Shown: positions 29,273 to 41,000 of the stretch, in pieces
How positions within the stretch are numbered: the first letter of the stretch is position 1
Layout: each line of letters starts with the position of its first letter
Source of the DNA: Antechinus flavipes
Lineage: Eukaryota
Length of the DNA: 64,000 nucleotides
Assembly (NCBI RefSeq): GCF_016432865.1
Contig: NC_067398.1
Location: 334,242,001 to 334,306,000 of the forward strand
Direction: 5' to 3'
The notes under the pieces: model-generated
Told to the model about the DNA's origin: nothing
Database searches by the model: none
Seen by the model: only the letters and a program-made list of their open reading frames with translations
Made by a program: the position numbers and the translations under genes

Positions 29273-29974
29273 TCAGGGGGTATTTTTTTGTAGAGCAACC
29301 CGCTCTGTCCAGGAGCCAGGAGGGGTCAGGAAGAAGTGAGGCGGCGGAAGGGCTGGGATGGGGGCACTGGGGAAAGCGGGCAGTGGACGGTGTTCCACGG
29401 GGTGGGCGACCACCGGGAACGGCTCCTGAGGCAGGCGCGGGAGTGCCGGGCAGGTAGCAGGCGGCGGGGCGAGGAGGCGCAGAAAGGTGGGGCGGGTGGG
29501 CAGCGGGGGCAGCAGCTGCGCGGGGGGCTCGACCCGGGGACCCGGACGTGAGAGGCGCACCGCCAACTGGGGACCCTCGGAACCTAGGGGCAGCGGAGGC
29601 AGCGGCAGGTGAGAGGGGGCTGCTAGAGGCCCGCGGGGCAGACGAGGCAGGTCAGATAGAATGGGCGGCGGAGGCAAAGGAAGCTCGGATGCCTCCCCGG
29701 GGAGCGGAGGCAGCGCCACGTAGGCTCTGGGCGGGCCGCGGGGGGACAGCGGCGACGGCCGCACCGGCAGCTCGGGCAGCAGCGGCCGCTCAGCTAGAGA
29801 CGAGGCCGGTGGCGGCCCGGGGGATAAGCCCGGGGGAAGGCCCGGCAATGGCAGGTGCGGGAGCGGCAGTGGCGGAGGCTGGGGCGGCTCGGGAAGGGGC
29901 AGGGAGAGCCGAGGCCGGGAGAGCCGCGGGTGGGGGTGGGAGCGGGAGTGGGAGCGGGGAAGCAGCGCCGCCAG
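29273..29974 (-). CDS. Candidate non-AUG (CUG-initiated) Leu/Pro-rich ORF, 233 aa, unassigned
   Basis: The open frame spans at least 30163-29273 with no ATG. There is an in-frame CTG in AAGACC-CTG-G context at 29974. It has about 25 Leu-Pro dipeptides encoded by varied synonymous codons. No homologue recognised, and long ORFs arise by chance in GC-rich DNA. Confidence 0.3.
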   Translation of the reverse strand: MAALLPRSHSRSHPHPRLSRPRLSLPLPEPPQPPPLPLPHLPLPGLPPGLSPGPPPASSLAERPLLPELPVRPSPLSPRGPPRAYVALPPLPGEASELPLPPPPILSDLPRLPRGPLAAPSHLPLPPLPLGSEGPQLAVRLSRPGPRVEPPAQLLPPLPTRPTFLRLLAPPPATCPALPRLPQEPFPVVAHPVEHRPLPAFPSAPIPALPPPHFFLTPPGSWTERVALQKNTP

Positions 29975-30290
29975 GGTCTTCGTGCCCGAGACCGGGCGAG
30001 GAGAGGCGCAGACCTGGGGCTTAGGAAGGCCAAGCGCGCGCGCACTCGCACACGGCCGCGCACTCGCCCGCTGCCTCCTCCCCCCACCCCAGAGTTTCAG
30101 CCAATCGAAATGGAAACTTCCCCAAGCCACGTGTCCAGGGACCAATGACGGACAGGCTGTCAAGGACGCCCAGCGGGTGAGCGATCGAAGTCATGGCAAC
30201 TACCCAAGCCTGCCTAAACCGCAGCAGTCTGTAAAAAGTAGAGCGTCCATATAGCTCCTCCTACTTTCCATTTTGCTCCGCCCCCTTAAT
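29300..30290. promoter_or_regulatory. Unassigned CpG island with promoter motifs between CLDN9 and GREP1
   Basis: Very CpG/GC-rich block in an otherwise CpG-poor region. Two CCAAT boxes (30101-30105, 30142-30146), E-box CACGTG (30128-30133), GC box CTCCGCCCC (about 30277-30285). Minus-strand donor CAG|GTGGGTGAGT at 29036/29035. Confidence 0.8.
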
Positions 30291-30740
30291 AATTTATAGT
30301 CATCCGTTTTAGAGCTTGAAAGGGCTTATACTTAGACCAGAGAGATTAAGTGATAGGCTCCCTTGCATCGGATTCTTCTCGGTCTTCTTTGCAGGATCAG
30401 CATTTAAGTTCTGCTGCTTTATGTGAGAGTTGGGCTCTGTCCTCCATCCAATAACTTGACAAAACAGGTGGAAGAACCTGGTCTACCCACAATACCACTG
30501 GTCACCACCATTTTTGTCCAGGCCATCATCACTTCTCATCTGGGCTAGAAAAATCTTATAAATGTCTCAGTAAATATTTGTTGATTGGTTGCTCAGGAAG
30601 CAATCATAGCAAGATTTGAATCCAAGTCCCTGATTCAAAGCCAACATTCTTTCTACTTAAGTCCTAGTATTGCTGTACATTGAAAAGAAGGGGTGGATAT
30701 AAAGATGAAATAATGCACAATCATAAGTTCATAGAATTTA

Positions 30741-30975
30741 TCTAGGCGGTTGAGTGGATAGAGCACTGGTCCTGACCTGAATTCAAATGAAACCTCAGAC
30801 CCTTTCTGTGTGATCCTGGGCAAGTCAGTTACTCCTGATTACCTCAGTTTTTTCATCTGTGAGATGAGGTGGAGAAGGAAAGGACAAACTATTCCATTAT
30901 CTTTGACAAGAAAAAGCTAGAGACAATATTGGTGCGGTGTGGTCCACAGGGGTCACAAACAGGACTGAACAACAA
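30741..30975 (+). mobile_element. MAR1-like marsupial SINE (CORE plus RTE-like 3' end)
   Basis: tRNA-like head GTGGATAGAGCACTGG, CORE 'tgtgtgatcctgggcaagtcagttac...cctcagtttttt', tail 'tccacaggggtcacaaacaggactgaacaacaa'. Confidence 0.7.
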
Positions 30976-31597
30976 GGAAACTTAGAGCTTATCTAGCCCA
31001 ACATCTTCATTGTACAAATTAGGAATTTGAGTCCCAAAGAGAAGGGAATTTATCTTATCAGGAGAATGTAAGCAACTTGAGTTCTATTTGGGTGACTGTT
31101 TTTCATTTTGTCACCTCATAGGAGCAGCACCTAACTAGATGTTTGAAGTGAAATAAAGTGATCTTCCTACTCTCAAGAAGTTTGCCAAATGGGGATAAAA
31201 CTTACTGTGGGGTTAAGTTTCTCATAGTTATGAAATGAGAAAGTATAATGGTAAATGAGGTAATGAACAGAGGGCAATGAAATATTATAAGAAGAGAGAT
31301 CACTCAAATTGGGGGTTTCAAGGAAGGATTCTTGAAGGAAGTCATCTAATTGTGTTATCAAAAAGGGTCCTGAATTTAAAGTTAGAAGACCAAATTCTCC
31401 CTCTGCCATTTACAATCTGTGTAACTATGGGGAAATTACCAAAGCTGTCTGAATTTGTTTCCTCATCTGTAAAATGAAAATGTAAAGATGATTTCTAAGC
31501 TTACTTCCAGAGTTATACCCCAAGGGCTGTTTGGGTTCAAAAGATGTAGAGGCTAATTCTCATTGTTGGGGTGTGGGAAGCCACCTAAGTAGATGCA

Positions 31598-31750
31598 NNN
31601 NNNNNNNNNNNNNNNNNNNNNNNNNNNNNNNNNNNNNNNNNNNNNNNNNNNNNNNNNNNNNNNNNNNNNNNNNNNNNNNNNNNNNNNNNNNNNNNNNNNN
31701 NNNNNNNNNNNNNNNNNNNNNNNNNNNNNNNNNNNNNNNNNNNNNNNNNN
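31598..31750. other. Assembly gap (153 N)
   Basis: Run of N directly in the sequence, about 60 nt beyond the GREP1 polyA signal. Confidence 1.
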
Positions 31751-32026
31751 TATTGCCATTCAGTCCCCATATCAACATATTGGACACCAGAGTCAAACTT
31801 GTAATTTAAACCTTTATTAACAGGCCCAGGATCTCCTCCTCTCTGCCTCAAAGCACCATTTATAAGACCAATAAGGGCTCTCCTAGGGCAGAGGGGAAAC
31901 TTCCCTCCCAATGAACCTGTTGCTGTTTTTTCCAAAAAGCCAGATAGCACTAAGATGGCCAGGTCTTAGGTTCCCAGGTCCCCTGAAGATCTTCACATGG
32001 GGGATACTGGGGATATCCCTTTAGGC

Positions 32027-35000
32027 TCAACATTTCCCTGGAGGACAACGACCTGCAAAAGTGGAGAAACACTGGGGTAGTGTTGGGCCTTAATCTAGCA
32101 ATACACAATCCCACAGGATGAATGGTGGAATTCCACATAAGATATGTGAGGTGAGCTCCACAGCTCCTTTATACAATGATTGGCCTGGTCCTGGTCAGTG
32201 GTGCTAAAGGTTAGAGAAAGGAACCTTTTATCCCTGAAGAAGTCTTACCTCTATAACCATTTCCCAAGAAGCCATTGAAGTTGTGCTTCATGTCTGGTCC
32301 ACCTAAGTTGGAGGCAGACAACCTTTAGTCAGTAGAAAATCTCCACAGATTTCTTTCCCTTGTCCAAATACCCTATTTTCTAAATTCTCACAATTCAAAG
32401 ATCCTAGAAAAGGATATGGCCCCTGAGAACTCTCCTTACAAGGAGGCAGCAGGCAGCCAGTGAATGAGCAGTGTCAGCTATCCCTTGGCCTTTCTGAACC
32501 TTAGTGTCCAATCTCTTCTTTGTACAGAGTGGGGAACTGAGACTCACAGAGGGGAAATAACTTGTGCAGGGTTACATATCCTGATAATTAGCAAAACTAG
32601 CAAAGCATCTTCTTTTCTAATACCCAGTTCTAATAACAAGGTCTCCTTACTTACCATAAGTCCCAGGAACTGGCTCTGGTTTTAACTGACCATAGAGACC
32701 TGAAAGACAGGAAAAAACAGAAAAAGGGAGGAAGATGACAGGGAGTCCTGCTATATGAGGGAAAAGGGCACCATCTTGCATTCAGTCTGGCATTCTTGCT
32801 TTCAGGAATTTGCTGCCTAGTTGAGGAGATGAGATGGGCACACAAAAGGCCCCACATACAAGTATTAAGCAATGTGGAATAGATAGTAAGTAGCCTAGGA
32901 GACAGCTAGGTATTAAGTACATCGGACAGAGTACTGAACTGGGAATTGGGAAGTCCAGAGTACAAATTCCATCTTAGCCACTTACATAACTCTGGCTAAG
33001 TCACTTAACTTCTCAGCCTTAGTTTCCTCATCTAGACAATAAAGCTACTACAAAAACCTACTTCATAGGGTTGTCATGAAGATCAAATTATATATGCCAA
33101 GTGCTTTACAAATGTTAAATGCTAACTCTTCTTAACGTAGAGTAGGGAGAGATTAATGTGGGCTGAGGTGTGGAGAAAGTATAGCTTGAGCTGAGACTTG
33201 CAGCCTTTAGAGAGGGAATTGGAGAAGAAATTTCAAGTAGGGAAGATATTTGCTTAGCACATATTACTAATATTGTTATCATTAATGTTATTATTCATAT
33301 TAGGACCCTTAATAAATGCTTGTTAACTGGCTGGTTGACAAAGGCAGTAAGTTTGATATATTTGGGCAGCAAGTGACTCAGAGATTCTGAGCTGGGTCAC
33401 CCAGTAGTACGATCCTCTTTATCTGGTATTTGGAGAATCCAAGATCCAGATCCCAAGGGCCAAAATGGACTTGCTGAAGGAGAATTAGTGATACAAAGGT
33501 ACCCAGGTGTCCTGTCTTACACAATGATAGGGGAGGAAAGCTGGAAGGAAGTGATGTGACTGGGTCATACAGTGGAAAAGTGACAGAACTGAAACTTGAA
33601 TCCAGAAGTTCTATCTTTAATATCAAAAGTCCAGTGTTAACTACTATACCACAATGCTTCCTAAAGTCCAATATCATTGTCTCCCTCTAGTGGGAGATAA
33701 AGTTAAAAAGCTAGAGAAGAGCCAGTTGATGAGTTTAGATGGGAAGCTTTGAGTTTGGATCCATTCATCCAATAGGGAACCAGAAAGCATAAAATTTTCC
33801 CTCCAAATAGGACCTTGGAAATCATCAGTTCCTAGACTGGAGAGAGAAAACGAACTGAGATGTAGGAAGTTGAGGTTGGTAGTATGTAGAGTACTAATTG
33901 AAGAGCATATATACTCTATCTTTGTTCCCCATGGCTAGACACAAGGCTCTTGCTAGCCCTATCATCATAGGAGACAGAGACAAACAGAAAGGAAGACAAG
34001 TTGTCACCCCTGAGGGAGGGATCTTTTGTCTTTGATTTCCTCACATCTCCAGAGGATGGGAAATGGGTTCATCCCTGGGCCAGCAGAGCCACTTAGCTGA
34101 ACATTGAATGCGATGTGCAGAAGATGGGAAATACAGAAATCAAGAGGTAACCCCCCAGGGACATAATCTGGTAATCCTATTTTCTAGCCTTTGTTCCTCT
34201 CCAGGAATCAGGCATTTAAGTTTTTATGCTAAGCAATGAATAAATATGGCGCAATGAAAAGGGTCACTAGATTGTAAACTCCTTGAGCACAGGTACTGTT
34301 GGTTGCCTCTTTTAGCACACATAGCTAACACTTAATGTTTATTGACTGACTAATTAGATCCTGGCTCTGCCACCTACTATCTGTGAAATCTAGTCTAGAC
34401 CCCTTAAACTTTCTGGACCTCGATTTTCCTATGTATATAGTGAGAGAGTCCTTGATAACTCTAAATCTATAATCTTGTGAAAAACACACATAATCTGCAA
34501 TCTTTCCCAGAATCCAGCCAAATATGTATATTACCTGGTGGGCTTTCATCTGCAGGGTAGGAGCCTGCACCTACCCCATTTCCAAAGTCATGTTTAGCAG
34601 TCTTGGCCCCAGTCTCTGAACCTCCAGAGAGAAAGGGGACCCCCTGAGCACCAAAGGAGCTGGCCCCACCACCTGTGAGAGAAGAGAAGGGTTCAGTGAA
34701 CCCTGCCTAAGATCCCCTCTTCCTGCTGCAGCCAGGAATCCCCGCTGTATTACAGTGGAAATAGCACTGGAAAGCAGTCAGGAGACCTGGATTCTTTTCC
34801 TAAAATGCTGTTTGATCTTGCAAGTTGCTCTCCCTTCTAGGACTCCCTTTTTTCTTCTGGCTGTTTGCTGGAAATCCAAGCAATTCAGTTGCCTGAAGAG
34901 AGCTAGTAGGGCTATCCCATTCTGTGAGCAAGATACCAAATACAAGGGGCCCCTGAGCCCAAAGTCAAGACTCAGAGCTGTACAAGAAGCTTAGGACAGC

Positions 35001-38000
35001 TCCCCCTGAACTCCAGAAGCAGAGTTCGACTTTAAAAGTCACAAAATAGAAAAAGAAAGAAAACGAGCAAGAAACAGAAAAGAATCTTAACCATAGAAAA
35101 CTACTATGATGACAGGAAAGACCAAAACACCAACTCAGAGGAGGACAAACGCCCACTGAGAAATATCAAAGGATAATATGAATTGGTCTCAAGTCTAAAG
35201 AGGCTTCTGGAAGGGGCTCATAAAAAATTTTAAAAGGCAAATAAGAGAAGTAGAAGAAAAATTGGGAAAAGAAATGCGAAGGATGCAAGAGAAAGTCAAC
35301 AGCTTGGAAAAGGAAAACAATTCCTGAAAAGATACCATTGGTCAAATGCAAAAAAAAAAAAAAAAAAAAAAAAAATTCCACTGAAGAAATCAGTTCCTTA
35401 AAAAACACAGTGGGTCAAATGCAAAACAAACAAACAAAAAACAGAATCCATTGAAGAAAACCAACACTGAAAAATATAATTAATCAAATGGAAAAAGTGA
35501 TACAAAAGCTAACTGAAGAAAATTATACATTAAAAACTGGAACCAGGCAAATGGAAGCCTATGACTCTATGAGACATCAAGAATCAAACTAAAAAGAAGG
35601 AAAAAATAGAAAATTTCCTCATGCTACAGGACTATTTCTAGATCCAAATCCAATGAGATAGTGGATCTGAAAGAGCTTCATTAAAGTGTTACAGAAAGAC
35701 ATGCATCTCTCAGGCACCACCAACTTCTTCACCTTATCTTGCTAGGAGCTGCCTCACTGGGCATTTGTCTCTTACCATTTTCATATAGGGAAGGTTTAGG
35801 GTATCCAGGTCCCCCAGCTCCATATCCTGTAAGAAAATGGTATTAACTTCTCCTACATCATTTCCTTGGAAATCTTTTACTTTTGCTTTCCCACCCTTAT
35901 TGTCCCCTAAAAAATATGTGCCCCAGCTGGCACTAACTAGCCCAATTCTTCAGAGAATATCTTCTCCCTTTTATACTACTCCCATAGCATTTTATTTTTC
36001 CAAATACATGCAAAGATATCTTTCAGCATTCACCTTTGCAAAATCTTGTGTTTCAAATTTTTCTCCCTTTTCCTTCCTCCCTCCCCAAGACAGCAAGCAA
36101 TCCATTATTCGTTAAATAAAAATTCTCATTCTTATTCAAGAATTACCATTGTTATAGCCATTAGCTGGATAACTTCCAGCCCCAGGGAACCCTAAAGAGA
36201 AAAAAAGATCAGTCTAGGGGGCAGGAGAGAAGTTAGGGATAGTGTTCTAGAGTTCAGTGCCCAAATTATCCCCAACTCCTCTCTCCCTTTCCTCACCTGT
36301 TTGCTGGACCTCGGGAAAGGTTCCAGTTCCTAGTCCATTGCTATAAACTGTGGGAAGGAAAATTTAAAAGGAGATGGATTTGTTACTTATATATGTATAA
36401 TTCATCCCTTGTGGGGAGAGGGAAATAGGAAGATATGATAGGAATAAAGAGGAAGGTCAGGAGAGAGTGAGACAACAGAGAGAAAACAGAAGATAGAAAC
36501 AGATCAGAGAGAGATCCTAAGAGAACCTTACTTGCTTTTTGAGGCTTCACACCACCTGGGCCTGGAAGAGAGAGAGAAGGCAATTCAGGACTCATAATTT
36601 TAAACTCTTCAGTCCCTTTGGGAGTCCATTCCCTAATCTGCACCCCTAATTCCTCCTCACTTCCTCCAAAACCATTTAGGGTCCCAAATCTTGCAAGGAA
36701 AGAACAGGTTAGATAATTAACAGGCATTTGTTAAGCACATACTATGTGATAGGCTCTGGGGGTATAAACACAAAGAATGAAATAATCACTCCTCTCAAAG
36801 ATCTTATATTCTATCTGAAGAGACATGCACAAGTATAGCTATATTCAGTATAAATTTAAGAGAATTAGGAAGGGAAGGCACTAGCAGTTAGTGGGGAGGG
36901 CAAGGGGAAGGATCAGAGAATATCAAAGAAATAAATGTCTTTGCGAAGGGATTCTGAGAAAAAGCCAAAGGAAAATGAAATTAGGTTTGCTTGGATGAAG
37001 TTGGTTTTGAGACTGGAGAAGAGGGGATAGATGAGCCTGGAAGAATATGTAGTAAGCCCTATAATATATCCCTTATCTATTCCCTTACCTGTTTTTTTCT
37101 CATACAAAGAGATCCATAGACCTTAAGTTTACAAGGGAATTTAGAAATCATGTCATCTCCTCCCCCACTACCCTCCCACTCCACTTTACAATGAAGGAAG
37201 TAGAATGTGCCCTTGGATATTATGCAACTAGTTAGTGGCAGAGCTGGTTCTAGAATTCTGGCCTGGGCCTTTTTTTCTTGTGCTATAGCCACCTTTTAAA
37301 TGTGAAGTATTAGGATCCCTGCTCTGAACCCTGAGTTTTATTGAACTCCATCATCTTTCAGAGCTCTGCAGCATCATCTAGTCTTATCCCCACCCCATCC
37401 CAGGGCAGCTCCCTAGGTAGATTTATATATCTGGAATCTGGCCCTACCCTTATTTTTTTTTTTTAACAGGTTTTCTGTCCTCACCTGGTTGTGGCCCAAG
37501 CTCTGGGAAAGCACCTGCTCCGAATCCATTCCCATAACCTGAGAAGACAAATTTGTTGATGGTAGGGTGGGGAAGCCCTGGGATTCCAGGATCTCCCCAC
37601 TCCACACCATTCCCTTCCTGGAGGGAACATAACCAAGCAATGGAGGAGTGGGGAAAATAACTGGAAAGCCAGTGAGAAAGGTCTCACCTATCTTCTGTGA
37701 TTTGACTCCTCTAAGACCTAGGAGGTGGGAGAAAAGATATTGGAAAGAGAATGAATAGGACTTGGACTCTGGTCCCTCCTGGATGTTAGGCATCCCTCTC
37801 TCCCATCCCCTTACCTGTCCCATATCCATTCATGGCACCATAACCTGCAATGGAAGGAGCAAGGGAGTCAAGGATGGGTTACAGTGTGAAGGGATGAATG
37901 GCGCTACTGAGAATGTGTGTGTGAATGAAGACAAATGGGCATCGTTGCTGTGGTTTGACTGGGGTGAACAAATCCTTGTTTTCATCTTCAATATAGTTTC

Positions 38001-41000
38001 TAAGCCCAGTCCCTACCCAAGCTTTCAACCATCCTTCACTTAAAGTCATCTTTGACTGGAAACTCAGAACTCTTCAAAATAGTGACTTGCCCAGTCCACA
38101 GCTAGTAAGTGTTAAGTATCTGAAGCTGGATTGGAACTCAGCCCCTTCTGACTTCAGGCTCAATGCTTGGTCTACGTGCCATCTAGCTGCCTCTCTGTTT
38201 TTAGATTTTCTTTGGGCTCTGACACTGTGTTCCAGTGTCTCTTTAAACTCTAACATTCTATATTGTAAGATCCTTTTCATGAGGGAGGAAGAACGAAAAA
38301 GAATCAACTCAGATCAGTTCCTTTTTCTTCTAGTCCTAGCAGAACTTCCCTTCTAAATTTCAGGAATCTCACTTTGAAAATTTCAATTTTCCCTATGAAA
38401 GTTTGTTCTTTCCCAAACCCAAATGTGTGGTCCTCTTCTTTCTAATCCCAGAGTTCTTCTAGCCTTCCCATCGTCATCAACAACAACCAAAACAACAAAA
38501 AAAGATTAAGAGAAATAATGTTATATAGGAACAAAATTAGAAAAGTTAAAGTATTGACGCCTTTCCTCCTTCACTCTGGATCCATGGTCTGTCCTAAGTA
38601 CTTTTCCTCAGTGTAGGCTTTTGGTCCCCATTTCCCCTCACCTGGCTGAATCCTGGCCCCTGGGAAGGATCCAGCTCCAAGTATATTTCTGAGTCCTGAG
38701 GGGAGACAATTTGGTGAGGTTAGGACATGCAAAAGTCATCTCTTGATGAAGAATGGGGAATTCCAGGAGAAAAAAGAGGAGGGGAGAGAAGGAAGGCAGG
38801 AGAGGCAAGTTGGGGGAAGCAGAAGTAGAGAGAGGAATCATTACCTGTTTTTTGAGTTTTCAATCCATCTTCAAGGCCTGGGGGAGAAACTAGGAAGAAA
38901 ACCAAGGGATCCTGAATGAGATCCAATTGTTCATCTGAGTAAGAGCTTAGAGCTGAAGGTATGCCTGCCATAAGAAGCTGCTTGTAGACCTCAATCATAT
39001 CTTAGCCATAGTGTCCTTTCTTCACTTAAGCAATTTCCAGCCTCCTCCTCTCAGGAAGCTAGCTGACTTCCCTTCCCCACTACTATCCACCACTATCCAC
39101 CTTACCTCTTTCCTCTATGCCCTTACCTGGTCCATAGCCATTCTGAGTCCTGAATCCTATAGGGAAAATAAATTCAAACATGTCTGTAATTAAAAGAAAA
39201 GGGGATCCAAGAAGAAAAACAGACAGGAGCTAGAACAGGAAATCATAGCTCATGAGAGAGGGAGTAGGACACAGGGAAAGGGAAGTAGAATCACACACAA
39301 TGTTATGTGGCTAATATAGAAATATACTTTGTAGGACTTCATATGTATAATTGATACCACATTGCTTGTCTTCTCAAGGGGCAGGAAGAGTTGAGAGGGA
39401 AAGAATTTGGAACTTTAAATTTAAAAAAAGAATGTTAAAAAATTTAATTTGTAATTGGAATGTAATTGGAAAGAAGTAAAATTTATTAATTTTTAAAGAT
39501 GAAGATATCAGAGCAAGAAGTGTTCTTAGAACATAAAATGATAGATCTAGAAGTGAACTTAAACCAAATACCTCCACATGTCAGAGCTGGAAAGAATATA
39601 GAACAGTGAATACTGATCACAAAAAATAGCATGTCAGACGTAGGAGGGGTTTTAGAACATATATGAAAGGTGCTTACAGAAGAGCTTTTTAAAGAGAAGA
39701 AAAGCTGGGAAAAGGGAAGTGACTTGTCCAAAACCACAAAACAAGTTAGGGATAGAATCACAATTTCAATCTCCAGGCTCCTAGCCCAGCTACCTGAGAA
39801 GTGTGCCTTAGGGAATGAGAGAGATGAAGATATGTGGTTATAAGGAAAGCTATAGATATAGATGATGATGTAAAACTTATGGCAGGGAGAGAACATGATT
39901 CTTCCCCACTCCTCCACTCCCAGATTCCACACCCACCTCCTTTTTCTGAGGGACTCCCTGTTGCAGGCCCTAATCCATTGGGAGGCCTAGGAGGAAGAGC
40001 TGGAATGGAGCCCCCATTACAGGGACCTGGAAGAGAAGGGAAAAAAAAATAGGAGCAAAGTTAGCTCCTAGTCCTATAGCCATCCCAGTTTCAGCTCTAC
40101 ACTTACCTGGAAGCAAGAAACCTTGCTTCCTAGGTCCAAATTCTTTTATCCCATCCTATCACATCCTGATGAAAATCAGATGGTATATTCCTTAATAAAA
40201 TGCTTTCTCAAGGCAACATATCTTTGCCCGTGAGTTTTGGATTTTACCTTTTTTCTTCATGGATAATGAAAAGTTAAGAACTAAAAGAAGTTAAATAGAA
40301 TACCATTTGATGAATGATATTCTGTCTAATAGCAATGCCATCTAGATCTGAGTTGGGATTAAAATCAAAATAAAGGTTGGGATTGGAATGGAAATCAGCA
40401 CCAGAAATAGAGCTAAATTTACGATAGAGGTTGAGATCTAAATTGGGGTTGAAATCAGTTAGAATCAGGACTAGTATCCAGTTGGATCACAATTGAGGGT
40501 GGACCATCGAGATAAAGTGGGATTAGAGTTGGAGTTAAAATTGCTTAGGTGAGACATAGAGTTTCTGGAGGCCTCCAGGATTAGACAAAGGAGCTGCAAG
40601 GTACTGAGGGTAGGTGTTCAGAGCCCTAAGCTATCATTCTGTCCCCTTCTTGTCTCTTAGGACTACAGATTTTACACCTTGCTCCTTTAGTGACCTTTGC
40701 AGAAGATGTAGGAAACTGTGTCTGGTAGGACCCAGGGAAGACATTAACTTGCTCATGCTCACCTCTTACCATCATCTAGAGCTAAGCTTCGGAGTCCCAA
40801 ACACTATTCTCTTCTGCTGTGTTTAGGGCATGATATTTGGGGTTCCTAGCCCCATCATCCCTCTTCCTAAAATCCAGATTTCCATACCTGGCTGAGCTCT
40901 GGCTTCTGGGAATGCCCCAGCTTCTAGACCATTTCCATTTCCTGAAGAGACAGATTTGGACAGTTAAGTTGAGAAGGAAATACCAGAGGGTGGAGGGTGT

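Noticed and set aside
29255-29295. A_AAA_AAT slippery heptamer in frame just before the stop of the Pro-rich ORF
   Set aside because: The -1 frame gives only about 19 more codons (KKYPLNTWSFPLQLSLGYR*) and I see no stimulatory structure. The longer overlapping ORF (28939-29298) is in the +1 frame.
29336-30254. Several + strand Ala/Gly/Arg-rich ORFs over the CpG island (e.g. 29548-30024)
   Set aside because: Antisense or shifted shadows of GC-rich sequence with no motif coherence. They are expected by chance.
32770-32820. 45-nt exon-like segment (CAACTAG|GC AGC AAA TTC...GATG|GTGCCC) in the GREP1 3' region
   Set aside because: In-frame TGA, weak donor and no repeat-motif similarity.
33390-34110. 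Possible extra GREP1 exons near 33400-33510 and 34050-34105
   Set aside because: Splice-site pairs give lengths or phases incompatible with the phase-1 chain, and the peptides lack GREP1 motifs. They cannot be excluded without RNA data.
40340-40545. Roughly 6-nt periodic G/A/T-rich stretch resembling degenerate telomeric repeats
   Set aside because: No run of true TTAGGG units; ordinary low-complexity intron DNA.
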